A program made the position numbers and the translations under genes. DNA of 62,855 nt, filler included, from Sphacelaria rigidula (lineage: Eukaryota): the NCBI GenBank assembly GCA_964200075.2. It is 9 parts of 9 records of this genome, joined end to end, with 100 filler letters (N's around TTAATTAATTAA, not from the genome) between each part and the next. Parts side by side here need not be neighbours in the genome. Positions count along the whole stretch, not along the records: positions 13,991 to 20,885 come from CAXNAA020017537.1; positions 20,986 to 27,880 come from CAXNAA020017538.1; 7 more parts are not named here. One strand, written 5' to 3'. Of the stretch, positions 15,719 through 27,841 are shown one piece after another. The notes under the pieces were generated by a model. That model was not told the DNA's origin. It saw only the letters and a list, made by a program, of their open reading frames with translations, and searched no databases. How positions within the stretch are numbered: the first letter of the stretch is position 1; the number at the start of each line of letters is the position of its first letter.

Positions 15719-17452
15719 TCTGTCGGACCCGTGGTCTCACAGGGAAGCTCTCCCGTACGTCTCCTCTATTCGTGACAGTGCGGAACGAACTGCGCCGCTT
15801 TTTAACACGAGCTACACACACAAGAGTACCGCCGCTTTGTCGGGGTGTTTCATTGCGAAAACCCCGGCCTGGGGCGCATGAGCAACGAACGGCAGAATTT
15901 GTACTGGAAGTACAGCAGTGCACTCTCACAGGCAGTATAGGTGCTAGGAATGGATGAATGGATGGCAGTTGTCGGTAAAGAGACTTCGCTGCAAGTTATA
16001 TGCTATGGGCCCATTCACATGGATGAAACCATAAGCCTGCATATCATCGATCTCAATCATGACGTCCGCTCCGACTACTTCCCAATGAGCGCTCAACATG
16101 TCTTCGCTAGAGCAAGAGAGACTGACAACGACCGAAAAAACACGCAGATATTGAAGAAACAAGCACGTTTCTCACTGCCGGTTCCCATCCCGTGCTACTC
16201 AAATGCCTTCGAAGGCCTTGGACACATATCCTATTCACCGACGAACAACCAAGGTTGGTAACTCGGTGCACGACGGGCTGTTGGTTGTCATCATTGTTAC
16301 TATTACTGTTTCCGCACACTAGTACAATCTCTTGAATCTATGGTCACAGGCGCAGGCTCGTCTTTTCACTACTGCCCCTGCTATTCCTAGGATGCTAGAG
16401 TTCTCGTCGTTTCTTCGGAGACTGCGGACAAAAATGAAAAATACCGAATATCAGAACGAAAGACCAAGCAACACCAGATGAGACTAAGAAGAAAGCCGCT
16501 AACAACCCAAATGAGAAGTAGCGTCTCCTGAATTCATCAGGTGAAAAAACCTACCACCTGCCAATTGTGATCGTACTGAAACTCAATTTGGGATTTCCCC
16601 CCCGCACCCTCAAACACTGGTAGAGGCAACACTACCGTCAGCCGCCCGCCCCTCGCCGTGAAGCGGCGCAGCTCCGACCCATTAATTAACCTGCACGGAG
16701 CGAACGACAGTCCAGTGTGGGGGAATGTCATGGCGAGCTTCCATTGGGCGGGCGACGAAACTGGTCCCATTTCGTGATTGCGCGTCGAACAGAGATGGAC
16801 AAAAGTATCGACGTGCCGTTGGGCGTTTCTTCATTTCCCCTTCACACCTGTTTTCGGGTAGAAACAACGCCTACCCGACAAAAGGCTGTTGCCACGCATA
16901 TGCATGCCCGCCTTAGGACTGTACCCTTGGAATAGAAGGCGGAACGGGTACTTTTCCCGTCGCCACAAAAACAACACGGGGCGAGATGTCTGGAAGCATG
17001 TATACCGGGACGAGGAGTGTGGTCCTGAAAACTCGTCGGGATGGGACGTAGTGGGCCATCCCATCCTGTCATCATGACCAGCATCTCGTGATATCACCAT
17101 CACGCGCAAGCGCTAAAAAACTCTCCATAACCTACTCATTACGTTCCACTCTTGTGCTGACGTCATTATTTGTGGTAAGGTGCCCGAAAACGGGCCCTGA
17201 GAGCACCGTCGCTAGAGTTCCACGGAATTCATCATCATTTAGTTGGATGAAACCATCGTGGCAGAACGCCTCTCTGGTACTACCGTGCCAGTACCGTGTT
17301 AGCCTCCATGATACAATGGTTCTGTAATCCTGCTACAATGTGCATACCGGACCCCCTGCCCATAGGAACCACGATACTACTGTAGCACGCTACCAGAATG
17401 TACTACTACGGTTCAGAGTGGTAATGTTGCACTGCCGTCGGTAGGAACTCAC

Positions 17453-20082
17453 GTAGGATGCACGGTGCCTCGTTGGTGTCGGCGCAGAAGATACCTGATT
17501 CTTTGATTCGTCCTGTGCAACAGTCTCCAATTTCGAGGTCAACCTCTCTAGCCCTCGCGCCACAACCGCCACCTCCACACTGACCGCATCCCAGCACGCA
17601 ACAGACGTCATTCGCTTCCACACCGACAGTGTCATCGCGGCAAGTACCGTCGGCTGATGTATCTTACAAAACCAAACCGAAACGATCGTCGGCGGACAGA
17701 ACGAAAGAGTGTACCGGGTTACGTTCGGGTCATCCTGCCGAAAGGGCCGAGATGTGACCAAAGTATACTCGGAATTTTCGGCATGAAATGTCTCGAGGCA
17801 TGATCTACCAAGTGCGGTGCAAGTTACAAGTAGTTCTGACGAGACCGCACGATCGGTATGTGGAGACTTTAGCTGTCTATCATCTCTGTGGCGCTGTGCG
17901 GGTCCTGTATATTTTGTGATTTGTAGGGTGTGCAAATGAATGCAACATGCTATGGTCAATATCATCACTGTGAGGTCCCGTTGAAATCTGGGTTCCGGAT
18001 CGGGAAGGCCTTCCTTAAAGGTTATGAAGCTTTGACGTGAGCAACACACGGACCTGTTCACTGCCGCCAATTGCTGCCCCAAAAGACGTATGGAACCGTG
18101 GCTACGGGGGAGATATTTCCTCGTTCACGTGCTTCAACTAGCAGATTAATTACCTGGGTCTTTTGCGCCCGACAGAAGAGAACTATTGATCGAGCTGATG
18201 ATGGGTGATGTCAACGAAATCGTACTCAGTGCTGAAACCTACCCGCAGCCAAAGAGTGCAACACAGGTAGGATCGTTCACGTGTGTCGGAGTAATATCTC
18301 CCGGTCTTTTACTGGAACTTCTCGACGCACACACGAAGATGCCTCGAAATGTGATTGGTCTTTCTCTCGCCCATGAACTCGTGGCATACCTAGCACAGTG
18401 CACACATTACCAAAGTAATCATACTCACAGGTCGATGTAGGCGATGTAGGCGATGTGGGCGCAGGCGTCGGAGAGGAACCTATCGCTCGGATCCGCCGGA
18501 AATGTAGAGAAATGAGTACGCAGCGACGGTGATGGAATGGGGAATCGGGCACAGTAAGGGAAAGGATCCAACGAGCAAATGATAGTGAAGCACGGCAGGG
18601 TAAGCGGCGGGAACAACCCATGTACACACTATGGCGCACGAATCGCGATTCAGATACGCGTCGAGGAATGAGCTTGAAGTCGCCGTTTTTGCAAGACACT
18701 CAGCGAGAATATATGGTGTCTAAATATTGTTTCGGGGCGAAAAGCTCGACGCTGTTCGCACACATCATCATGCCCAACGCCAGCCGGAACAAAATGAGAC
18801 GGGGCAGGTACTTGTCCCGCTGCCACAAAAAACACCATGGGACGGGACGGGACGTTGGGAAAAATGTCCGGGCGGTATGGGGAAGGTAACTTTGGCCCTG
18901 ATATCTCGTCGGGACGACACCGGACGGGACGACCCGTCCCGTGGCGAATGTGCCGCGAAGTTACACTCTCGTCAAAGGTCTTGAAAAATCTTTATGGGGA
19001 ACTACTGTCTGTTGTACTGCCACGGTCCATGAAACAGTGCCCCCCGAAAAAGTGCTCTGAGACCACTGTTTGAAGAAGTCAAAACAATAGCCATCGACAC
19101 GCAGCTTCATTGAATGGTCGTGATCAACAAGCCGTTAAGTGCTGCCGCTTAAATGCTGTGTTGCCTTCATGATGAGAGAAACACGATCCTCCTGAATGAT
19201 ATCAGCACGAAGGGAGGGAGGGGGCATGTCTGCATGTACTTCATAAAAAAAAACGTTTACCATGGTACCACGAGCTGGGCCAGCTGACAGTGATTGATGA
19301 ATGAAGAATGGCAATGCGATTGGTAATTCCAAGAGTTGGAGGCTGCAATTCTGACACATTGTAATCAACCCGCGCAACCCTATTGGGGGTGCAGAGGAAA
19401 TCAGAAACAAAAAAAGTCAGAGCGACTTGAAGTTTCAGCAAAACGGGGGAAGCGCTGCAGCTCCGCGAAGAAATGATATAGACGGCTGCACCCCAAAACA
19501 CGTTGTGGGCACTCGCGCCAGGACACCGTGGTAAAGTTTCAGCCAAAAAACCTTTATTTGGGCGCCGCATCGCACTTTTCGTGTGGCACGGCCGCGCCCC
19601 TTTAAACCCAGTGATACAAGAGACTCCATTTATGCAGGTCATGAGTTCGAATCCCGATAGTTTTTTTTTTTCCCGTCAGTCGTTAAGGTCATACATCATG
19701 CACTACTTTCTTGACTTCTTTTTCTTCATTCAGCGGCGGTGTCAAGTTGGTCTGCACTACACACCGATATGCTAAAGTCGCGCTGATTTGGGAAAATTGA
19801 GAGTTGTGGTGTGGAAAGCGAATGCGGAATGTACTGCTGGCCCAGCTCGTACTATGACACGTCAAGCCGTCATTGGTCGGAACTCACCCACAATGCACGG
19901 TGCGCTATTGGTATCGGTGCAGTAGTCGTCTGACTCCCATATATATGTTGTGCAGCATCTGCTCGCACTCATGCCGGCCATCTCGGCTCTTTCGCTGCAA
20001 TCATCACCTCCGCACGTCTCGCACCTTAGCTCGCAACAGGCCCCATTCGCCTCCACACCGACGGTGCCATCGCTGCAAGTAT
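17453..20082 (-). CDS. Partial modular Cys-rich protein, probably extracellular: exons 20082-19888 (8-Cys module), 18479-18429 (Pro/Thr/Ser linker), 17653-17453 (8-Cys module)
   Basis: All three exons are AG|...|GTGAGT bounded, phase 1-1, with lengths 195, 51 and 201 nt. They splice to DTCSDGTVGVEANGACCELRCETCGGDDCSERAEMAGMSASRCCTTYIWESDDYCTDTNSAPCIV-GSSPTPAPTSPTSPTSTS-DGTCRDDTVGVEANDVCCVLGCGQCGGGGCGARAREVDLEIGDCCTGRIKESGIFCADTNEAPCIL. The Cys spacing is identical in both modules. Confidence 0.85.
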
Positions 20083-23000
20083 CTGATGTTTGGTGGAGAA
20101 TCGAAAACAAACCGTCATCGGTGAATGAGAACGCATGCGTCGGGACATGCTCGGGTCAAGCTGCAGAGGGAGTTAAACCGCAGTAAAGGAGACAAACCCC
20201 TCAGGCAACGGGGATGCAGAGGGTGCCCCACGCGAAGCATGCCAGTTTTCGGCTCATATTGGCGCCGGGTCGAGACGGAACGCTCAGGTTGTCCCGCGGG
20301 ACAATGTGCCCTCTCAAAATCTGGATGTGATGGCCAGTTGCACTGTAAACCGCAAGTTGTGTCTGCTGAACTACGGTAGTTCGGAGCCGACTTTAGGACG
20401 CAACCTACTGTCAAAACGAATTCCTGAGACTGCGTATCAGGGTGGAAAGCCGAAACGAAAAACACACGCACATATATGTGTGCATATAGAGATATATCGA
20501 ATGAGACAGCTGCATTGACCCTCGCTTAGTGGGCTCAAGCCCCAAACTCCCATTTTTTCGTTTTGGAGCCCGAAAAGTGCGCCTTTGGAAAGAGCTCTTA
20601 TCCAAACGCCCATTTGCTTCCTGGGGGAGCACCGTAGTTTTTCTCGAATTCTTATTTTCGTGGTCCATTTATGCGGGACCAGCACCTCCCCCCTGCCAGA
20701 ACCATCATTATCGACGCCCAAAATAGAACGTAGCAGTGGAATATGGAAGTTCTGTCAAGGGTCTGCCGAAAAAAGATTTCTGGTCACGAAGGCGCCAATA
20801 TCGAAAAATTGAGTATTCGAGGGGGGGGTCCTCATGATCATGCATGCCATAGTCATAGGACCATTGACCTTGCATCCCTACAAAGNNNNNNNNNNNNNNN
20901 NNNNNNNNNNNNNNNNNNNNNNNNNNNNNTTAATTAATTAANNNNNNNNNNNNNNNNNNNNNNNNNNNNNNNNNNNNNNNNNNNNTGGGCGGAAGATCTT
21001 TTGATTGCACGAAAAAAGAGGCTCAAAAGTGCGTCAGTCGGCCTGCCACACTCGCAGTGCGCTTATATTTGGTTCAAAACGGTGTCAATCGGTATGAAAG
21101 AGCGTTATATATCTATAACAACCTCGTTCGAGCAACCGTTGCTCTTTTCAAGGACGATTTGACTTGGAATTTCGAGCAAGAAATGGCCCGAAATACCCCC
21201 CCTCCCTCTATCTTAGGATGACTCGAAACACGTTCGGAAAAATTGACAGGGGCGCGAAAAAATACCTTTGTTTTTAGGGCGAGGGGGGGGGAGGGGGGAA
21301 TGTGCAACTTGTGAAAGAGAGAACGACACATCCAACTCGTACAACAGTGACTGATGCGCCAGCCTGTCCTACCACTGTCCACATTCACTTGAGACTGCCG
21401 TTGTCAGGCTCACGGCCATTTCCCTTCATTGGCGTCAGGGTCATTAGCACGCGCTGTGGCAACTCCGGGAAGAATTCTCCGCGCCATTACTGCAGCGTTT
21501 CCATCCTCTTTCCGATAAAAGAAAAAACAAAAGCAGAAGCTTCTACAAAACGCATCTCAGAAAACAGCCACCGACGAATCCTTCCATATTGCCCTTCAAA
21601 TGACCCCCCATCCTCCGTTGCCACGGACCCAGTTGTACACACAGTCCAATAACAGCTCTCCAAGCCGTGTCCCGAACATTACTCGGATACACAGGTAGGT
21701 AAGGATCGCCGGATGTGTACTGCTGCGCTGGTTGCGCCCAATAATTTCTATTAAGTCCCACTATTATCGACACTGTTTTTTCCGGAGATCTCCGAGATAG
21801 TCGGAACTACCATGTATCTGATGATTCTCGAATGCTTGCGAGCGCCACGGCGTTTTCACAGAGCAGTTCTTCGAAGTGCTGCGTTGCACTCCGAAATTTT
21901 CGGACTTTTCCAAAAATGAAGCTTCGGAGAAAAAATGGAGTCGCTTCGTTCTCGGAGAAGTCTGAAAGCAGAGTCCGAAAACTCCGAAGTTTTCTGAGAT
22001 CCCTGACAAAACTTCAATATATAATAAGTGATCTTGTTAATGGAGCATGTGCGTAATCACGGAAAAAGATACACTGAACCTACTCCCAGCGCTCGTGGAG
22101 GAGGTTGCCTCTTTCAAAGACCACAATCCACCACCGCGTCTCAACAGATCTGATTAACCATTGGAAGTATGCAATCCCTTATGATGCGGTCTTACACGGC
22201 AAAAGACGACGCCTGCTTATAAGGATCATCGTGTTGTTTGGATGAGTAAGGGCTTCCTTTGTATTTTTCTCGAGATTTACTGGCCGAATAGCCGTCGTCG
22301 TGATTGATGTGGAAACTCCTGAAAACTGCGGGGGGGGGAGGGGGGGGTCTCCGATCTGGAAAATCGAAAGAGAGCACCTTCATCACGGCACTTTCTTTCT
22401 AGTGCTCCGTGCAGAAATCCGTCTGCGCGTTCTCGTTCTGTCACGTGAGAACACATAGCTTTCCCGACCGGTCTTGGGTCAGGCCTACGAGAATCTCAGC
22501 CGCTCGTGCGCGACCTCGTCTGGGTGTACAATACTCAAAATGATGTTTGCAGGCGTGCACGCAATCTTTCCACACGTCAATGCTGCCGCTTCTGTTCTAC
22601 TACAGTCACGCACAATAAAGTGCTTCGCAGTTCTCGGTGGTCTGCTCTGGGGAGGAGAGGCGAAAGTTCCGTCTGACAGCTCACGAAGATCGCAACGAAA
22701 CGTGGAAAATGTTTTACAGGCTTTCATCATCGATCTATCTGTGCATCAACAGCGCCGATCGGAAGTGCCGTTTTCCTGCTCAATACATTACCCCAAAATC
22801 AGGACCAAAAGACTCTTCGGCACGGTGCCGTGGACGTACAGAGTTTGTGAAAGCCGGCGGGAGAGTTTCCACACGATCGAGGGGCGTTCGGCCGACGAGG
22901 AGGTCACTGGGCGTGATCAGTCAGTTCTTGGATATAAAAAAAACGTTTTGGGATTGGCGCCTGATCCCATGACAAAAACGTCGTTTGGGATATGAGGCTG

Positions 23001-24277
23001 TTTGACGTACACCGTACTCACGTGCGTTCAACAACAACTCCAAGCGAGAACAGCGCGATGCTCGCCTCGAGTGACTGGGTGCCTTTGAATTCCCTCTATG
23101 CCCCCACTGCGTCATATTTAAAAAGACATTCCAAGTCTCCGAAGGATAATGATGGCCTGGAAATGGCGAGCGTTCAACCACGCGACTTGTGATATAATGT
23201 GGCGCGTAGACTTCACCCGCTGTGTCAAGCGCTTGACGAGGCTGAGTGTCATTGACCATCACATGTAAGCGAACGATGTCAGATCCAAATCCAAGACGAT
23301 AGACAACTCGCCGTTGGCACTTAGTCCATATCAGAGGAAGTGCCTTCGTGGGATATACCATAACTCGGGGTACCTCTCGCCCAACGTCCCCAGCAGGGGA
23401 TGGAGCCAATCACAGAGCATTCCAACCACCCCGAAAAAGGAAATGCAGATAAGAATGAGATGTTTGGTTAGGTTTTGTATTTTTCACGCACCACCACCAC
23501 TACCGCCACCACCACTATACTAACTACCAAAAACAACGTCCTATCACTCGCAGCCCGCCTGCACTACCAGCGCCGACCGTCCATCATTTACGAACTGAGA
23601 AAAATATCGCAGCTGCTCATCCCGTTCCAAGACCCTGACATGACCCTCTGCTGAGCTAGCTTGGCACGTTCCATGCTGAAGACGCGACTAAAAGCATGTA
23701 TGCAACTGCTTTTTCCACATACGTATACGTAAGTTGCTGATGTTGACTGACGCTCTGTGCCAACTCTGTTGGACCCAACCATACCATCCTCCATTAGTCG
23801 CATGTCATATCATACCCGCCCTTAAACTCATGAACTTGCCGCTACTCTCTAGTCTGCTTAAACCCGGCTGTCTCGGTACCATCACTGGCATTTCGATGGT
23901 GGTTTTCCACTGCCCACTCTGTCGACACACCGATCTCTCCACTCGCCACCGCCCTTTGTATTAACAAGTTTCCCCCACGCTTTCATGAATGCTCCACTGC
24001 CCGCTTACGCACTTTTTCGCTCCGGATACACGCACTGCACACGAAACAACATACTGCCGTACAAAACGGTACTCGTAAAATTCACCTCTACATCCACGAA
24101 AATATTGACATACACACGAGAAGATACGTGTTGCAAAACACGCACAACCATCACGACACAACAATCGACATCAGTCACACGCCTGGATAAGCCAGGCTAC
24201 ACTTCTGCCTATCTGAGTACACAGAGTCAACACACAACACTTGCCAATGGAGTGCTGCTGCTATCATCAAGCCCCGT

Positions 24278-24665
24278 CTACTCGTACGGGTCGGTGTGGA
24301 CAAGCTTCCCGGTCTCCTTGTGGATCCACACAATCTTCCCCTCCGCATTCCAACACTCCTCCCACGTTGGTAGACCAGGGTACTCCACCTTACTCTTACT
24401 CTTACTTGGCTTCTTGACCTCCTTCTTATCACCACTGCCGTCTTGTACGTCCAATGGCACCGGCGATACGCTAACGGGCACCCACACCATCTGCTGCTGT
24501 TGCTGTTGCGGTGGGGAGGTCGGCGGGGTTATGGCCCATGCAGTGTTGGCCTGTGACTGGGATGCCCGTGGCATATACACATACCGCGGAGGCGGGGGCG
24601 GCTGCATGATATGGGTGGCCGTCGCTCCGGCAGCGTAGGTCCATTGGCCGGTGTTGCTGTCCAAC
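24278..24665 (-). CDS. Terminal coding segment of a Pro/Gln-rich protein with a C-terminal WW-like domain
   Basis: Reads ...QPPPPPRYVY...QQQQQQ...LPTWEECWNAEGKIVWIHKETGKLVHTDPYE*, which resembles a WW fold lacking the second Trp. A C-rich tract and CAG acceptor lie at 24666-24668. Confidence 0.6.
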
Positions 24666-25248
24666 CTGAGGGTGTGGTGGGTCGCGGTGCGGATGGGGGG
24701 TAGTGAGGGTCATTTAGTTGTAATAATTTCGATAGTTGCTGCAGTCCGACGGGAGCAGGCCAGCCACGGGGTTGATGCTGTTGTTGTACTCTGTTCAACC
24801 TGGCCGCTATGTGACGTTGCATGACCTTTTGTGTCAGATTGGAACAATTCCGGTGGTGCTGGGCCGATCCGCTGAATCCATCCGGGTGGTTCCACACAAT
24901 ATCACAAATGCACACGAAAGAGTTATACGGCGAATACGGTGGCGGGTGCCCGACGAACGTAGTATTTTTGTCACGAGTAATATAGCATGATATCCGAGTG
25001 TACATCCCAGTCCCCGTCCCCTGTCCAGTCTTAGCATGGAACGCCCAGAATGTCCAACATTACACTACACAAGTTAGCAATATCGAACAAGGGCATCGTT
25101 TGATATTGCGAGCAAAACAAACTCAGTCAGAATACCTTGCAACGAAGCTATGACGAGATGTCAAGCCAATCAAGACCCTGAAACGGCTTTGTGAGCACTC
25201 ACCAGAACACGCGTCCTTGCTGATCCCGGCACAATGCCCACGGGCCCC

Positions 25249-26203
25249 CAACTGCAGGCGGCGCGCTGACAACTGCTTGGTGTTCGTCAGAGACTACCAA
25301 CGCCAGTGTGCCTGCAGTAACATGTAGAGCGACGGGAAGAACGGGCGTAGGGACGGCGAGGGTATGAGTGAAACGTTCCCACCGCGGGAGGTGCGCATGA
25401 AGACGTGCCGACTGCGGGAGGTGATTTTCTCAACACGATCAAGTACAGTATAGAGCACAACATTGCAGCAGCACGGTACATTACGAGACAGTACAGTACG
25501 GTTGAGGATACAGTTCGGTCTCTGGACGCATGGATGGGACTGGAAACAATATTTGCATGCGCACCCAACAGCAGCAGTACTATGACCCCACTGGCGTGAC
25601 GCTGATAGTTCAGCAAGGCAAACTTTGTGTGCCAAGCGGGTGGCAGGAGCAGTGGATCGTGTCATCTCTCCACGCACTACCCCACGAACGAAAATGGGAC
25701 TCTCCTCTCAACAGACGTCAACGGTGCATGTAAGAACCCACAGAATCAGAAATCGATCTGATGTCGCCGGAAACCCAAGTACTTCCCGATCCTGTGCACC
25801 GATGCTATATAATAGTTTGCCGCACACCGTAACAAGACTACGGCGTCTGAACAAACGGAGTACGCACGTACTGCTGCACTGCTCGAATACTATTAGTTGA
25901 TGCAGCTACCTTCAGGCGTACACACCACAGTGGGTACACCACGGTGTCTACAGCACAGTAACCTCACCTTGTGTGTTGTCTGCACTTTTCTTCTGGTGCT
26001 GCAAGCTTTGGACCGTCTGTCGCTGCTCCATATTGTTGCTGCTCAGGACCACGCCCTGGAACGGCAAAGTCAGGTAGTTCACCATGATTGATGCTGACGC
26101 ACCTTGCCGTCTGTACGATATATTGCCGGGTACGCTTGTGCTGGTGAGACTGGTGGTGTTCCGGGTGCTGTGGGATGAGGGTTGCCAAAAGTTGTGAGAG
26201 CAT
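25249..26203 (-). pseudogene. Decayed copy of the 26868-27841 gene in the left arm of the inverted duplication
   Basis: Aligns to the right arm but has +1 frameshifts (near 26030 and 25635), and the exon-2 acceptor CAG is replaced by TGG (near 25740). Confidence 0.5.
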
Positions 26204-27803
26204 GGGCAGAGCTATCACACGGAAACAACCGGCTACGACTGCGGCTGATAATGCGGAGGCGTTGTGGCAGCGTTCCGAGCTGCGAATTTGCTGACAATTT
26301 TGCGGATCAAATTCGACTCTTTCGTTTCTGAACGAGAGACAGTGAAATCGTGTGTCTCTACGAGTCAATGCAGACCATGTGAGCAGACAGCACCGTTCCG
26401 CATGATCTCGCATCACAAAGGCTACTCCGCAAGTCGTTGGACACGGAGCGCAAGCACGAAGAATTATTCTGGCATTTCTCTGGAGCACGAGACTTTGGTG
26501 CCAAAACAAGCAAGTACTTCACATGCAAAGGGCCCTCATCACAGTCCCGCGGAGAACATGAACATGACCACAACATACCCCGAGAAGAAGAATGTCCCCG
26601 AAGTTTTTCCCTGCAGCACGAAAGGTCGTATACGGCCACTTGCGGGGTAACCTTCGAGTTGGGAGACGATGCGGAACGGTCCTCGTCTTTCACGTGTTTG
26701 GTCTTTATTTTCTAGAGGCACACGACTTCATGTTTTTCGGGCAGAAAGAAAGAGTCGAATTTGATCCGCAAAATTGTCAGCAAATTCGCAGCTCGGAACG
26801 CTGCCACAACGCCTCCGCATTATCAGCCGCAGTCGTAGCCGGTTGTTTTCGTGTGATAGCTCTGCCCATGCTCTCACAACTTTTGGCATGCCCAACCCTC
26901 ATTCCACAGCACCCGGAACACCACCAGTCTCACCAGCACAAGCGTACCCGGCAATATATCGTACAGACGGCAAGGTGCGTCAGCATCAATCATGGTGAAT
27001 TACCCGACTTTGCCGTCCCAGGGCATGGTCCTGAGCAGCAACAACATGAGCAGGAGCAGTGGGTCCAAAGCTTGCAGCACCAGAAGTATGGAAACAATCC
27101 ACAAGGTGGGGTTACTATGTTGTAGCCACTCTGGTGCGTGCGCCTGAAGGTAGCTGCGTTATCAACAGTTGAGCAGTGCAGCAGTACGTGTGTACTCTGT
27201 TCGGTCAGACACCGTGGTTTTGTTGCGGTTGAGCGTCTGTGCAAACCTCAAACCTGCTGTGAACTCATGTACAGCAGACAGAACCTTGTTTTTCTGAGAC
27301 TTCAAATTGATCTATGACGCTGCAGGTTCGTACATGCACCCGTCACTGCAACGACAGGTAGAGGGGTATCCAGTTTTCGTTCATGAGGTAAAGAGTGCAG
27401 GGATGGACACGATCCACTGCTCCTGCCACCCCTTCGTTCACAAAGCTTGCCTTGCCAAATTATCAGCGTCACGTCAGTGGGGTCATGGTCCTGCTGTCGG
27501 GTGCGCATGTACTGTTGTTGTAAACGTATATGTGACATCCAAAGACCGAACCGTATACTCGACTGTGTGGTGAACCGGACAACTGTCTGTACTATAGTCT
27601 AATGCTGTTCTCTGTGCTGCACTTGGCCGTGAAGAGGAAAACACCTTCCGCAGTTGGCACGCCATCATGCGCACCTTATTTCACTCACGTCCTCGCTGTC
27701 CCTGTGCCTGTTCCTTCTGTCGCCCTGTATATTACTACATCCACACCAGTGTTGGTAGTCTCGGACGAAGAGCAAGCCGTCACCAGCGCGCCGCCCGCAA
27801 TTG
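25249..27803. repeat. Long inverted duplication: arms ~25249-26330 and ~26742-27803, spacer ~410 bp
   Basis: The reverse complement of the left arm matches the right arm along its length. ORFs 25964-26509(-) and 26592-27125(+) share ERVEFDPQNCQQIR...HGELPDFAVPG. Confidence 0.95.
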
Positions 27804-27841
27804 AGGGTCTGAGTGATGCTACGGTAGGGATACAGAAATAA
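26868..27841 (+). CDS. Putative orphan gene in the right arm of the inverted duplication; tentative exons 26868-27105, 27326-27500, 27637-27841 (205 aa)
   Basis: The donor at 27106 (phase 1) joins in frame to the CAG acceptor at 27325. The donor at 27501 (phase 2) joins in frame to an unusual GAG acceptor at 27636. Many differences from the left-arm copy are synonymous in this frame. The start codon and second intron are uncertain. Confidence 0.45.
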
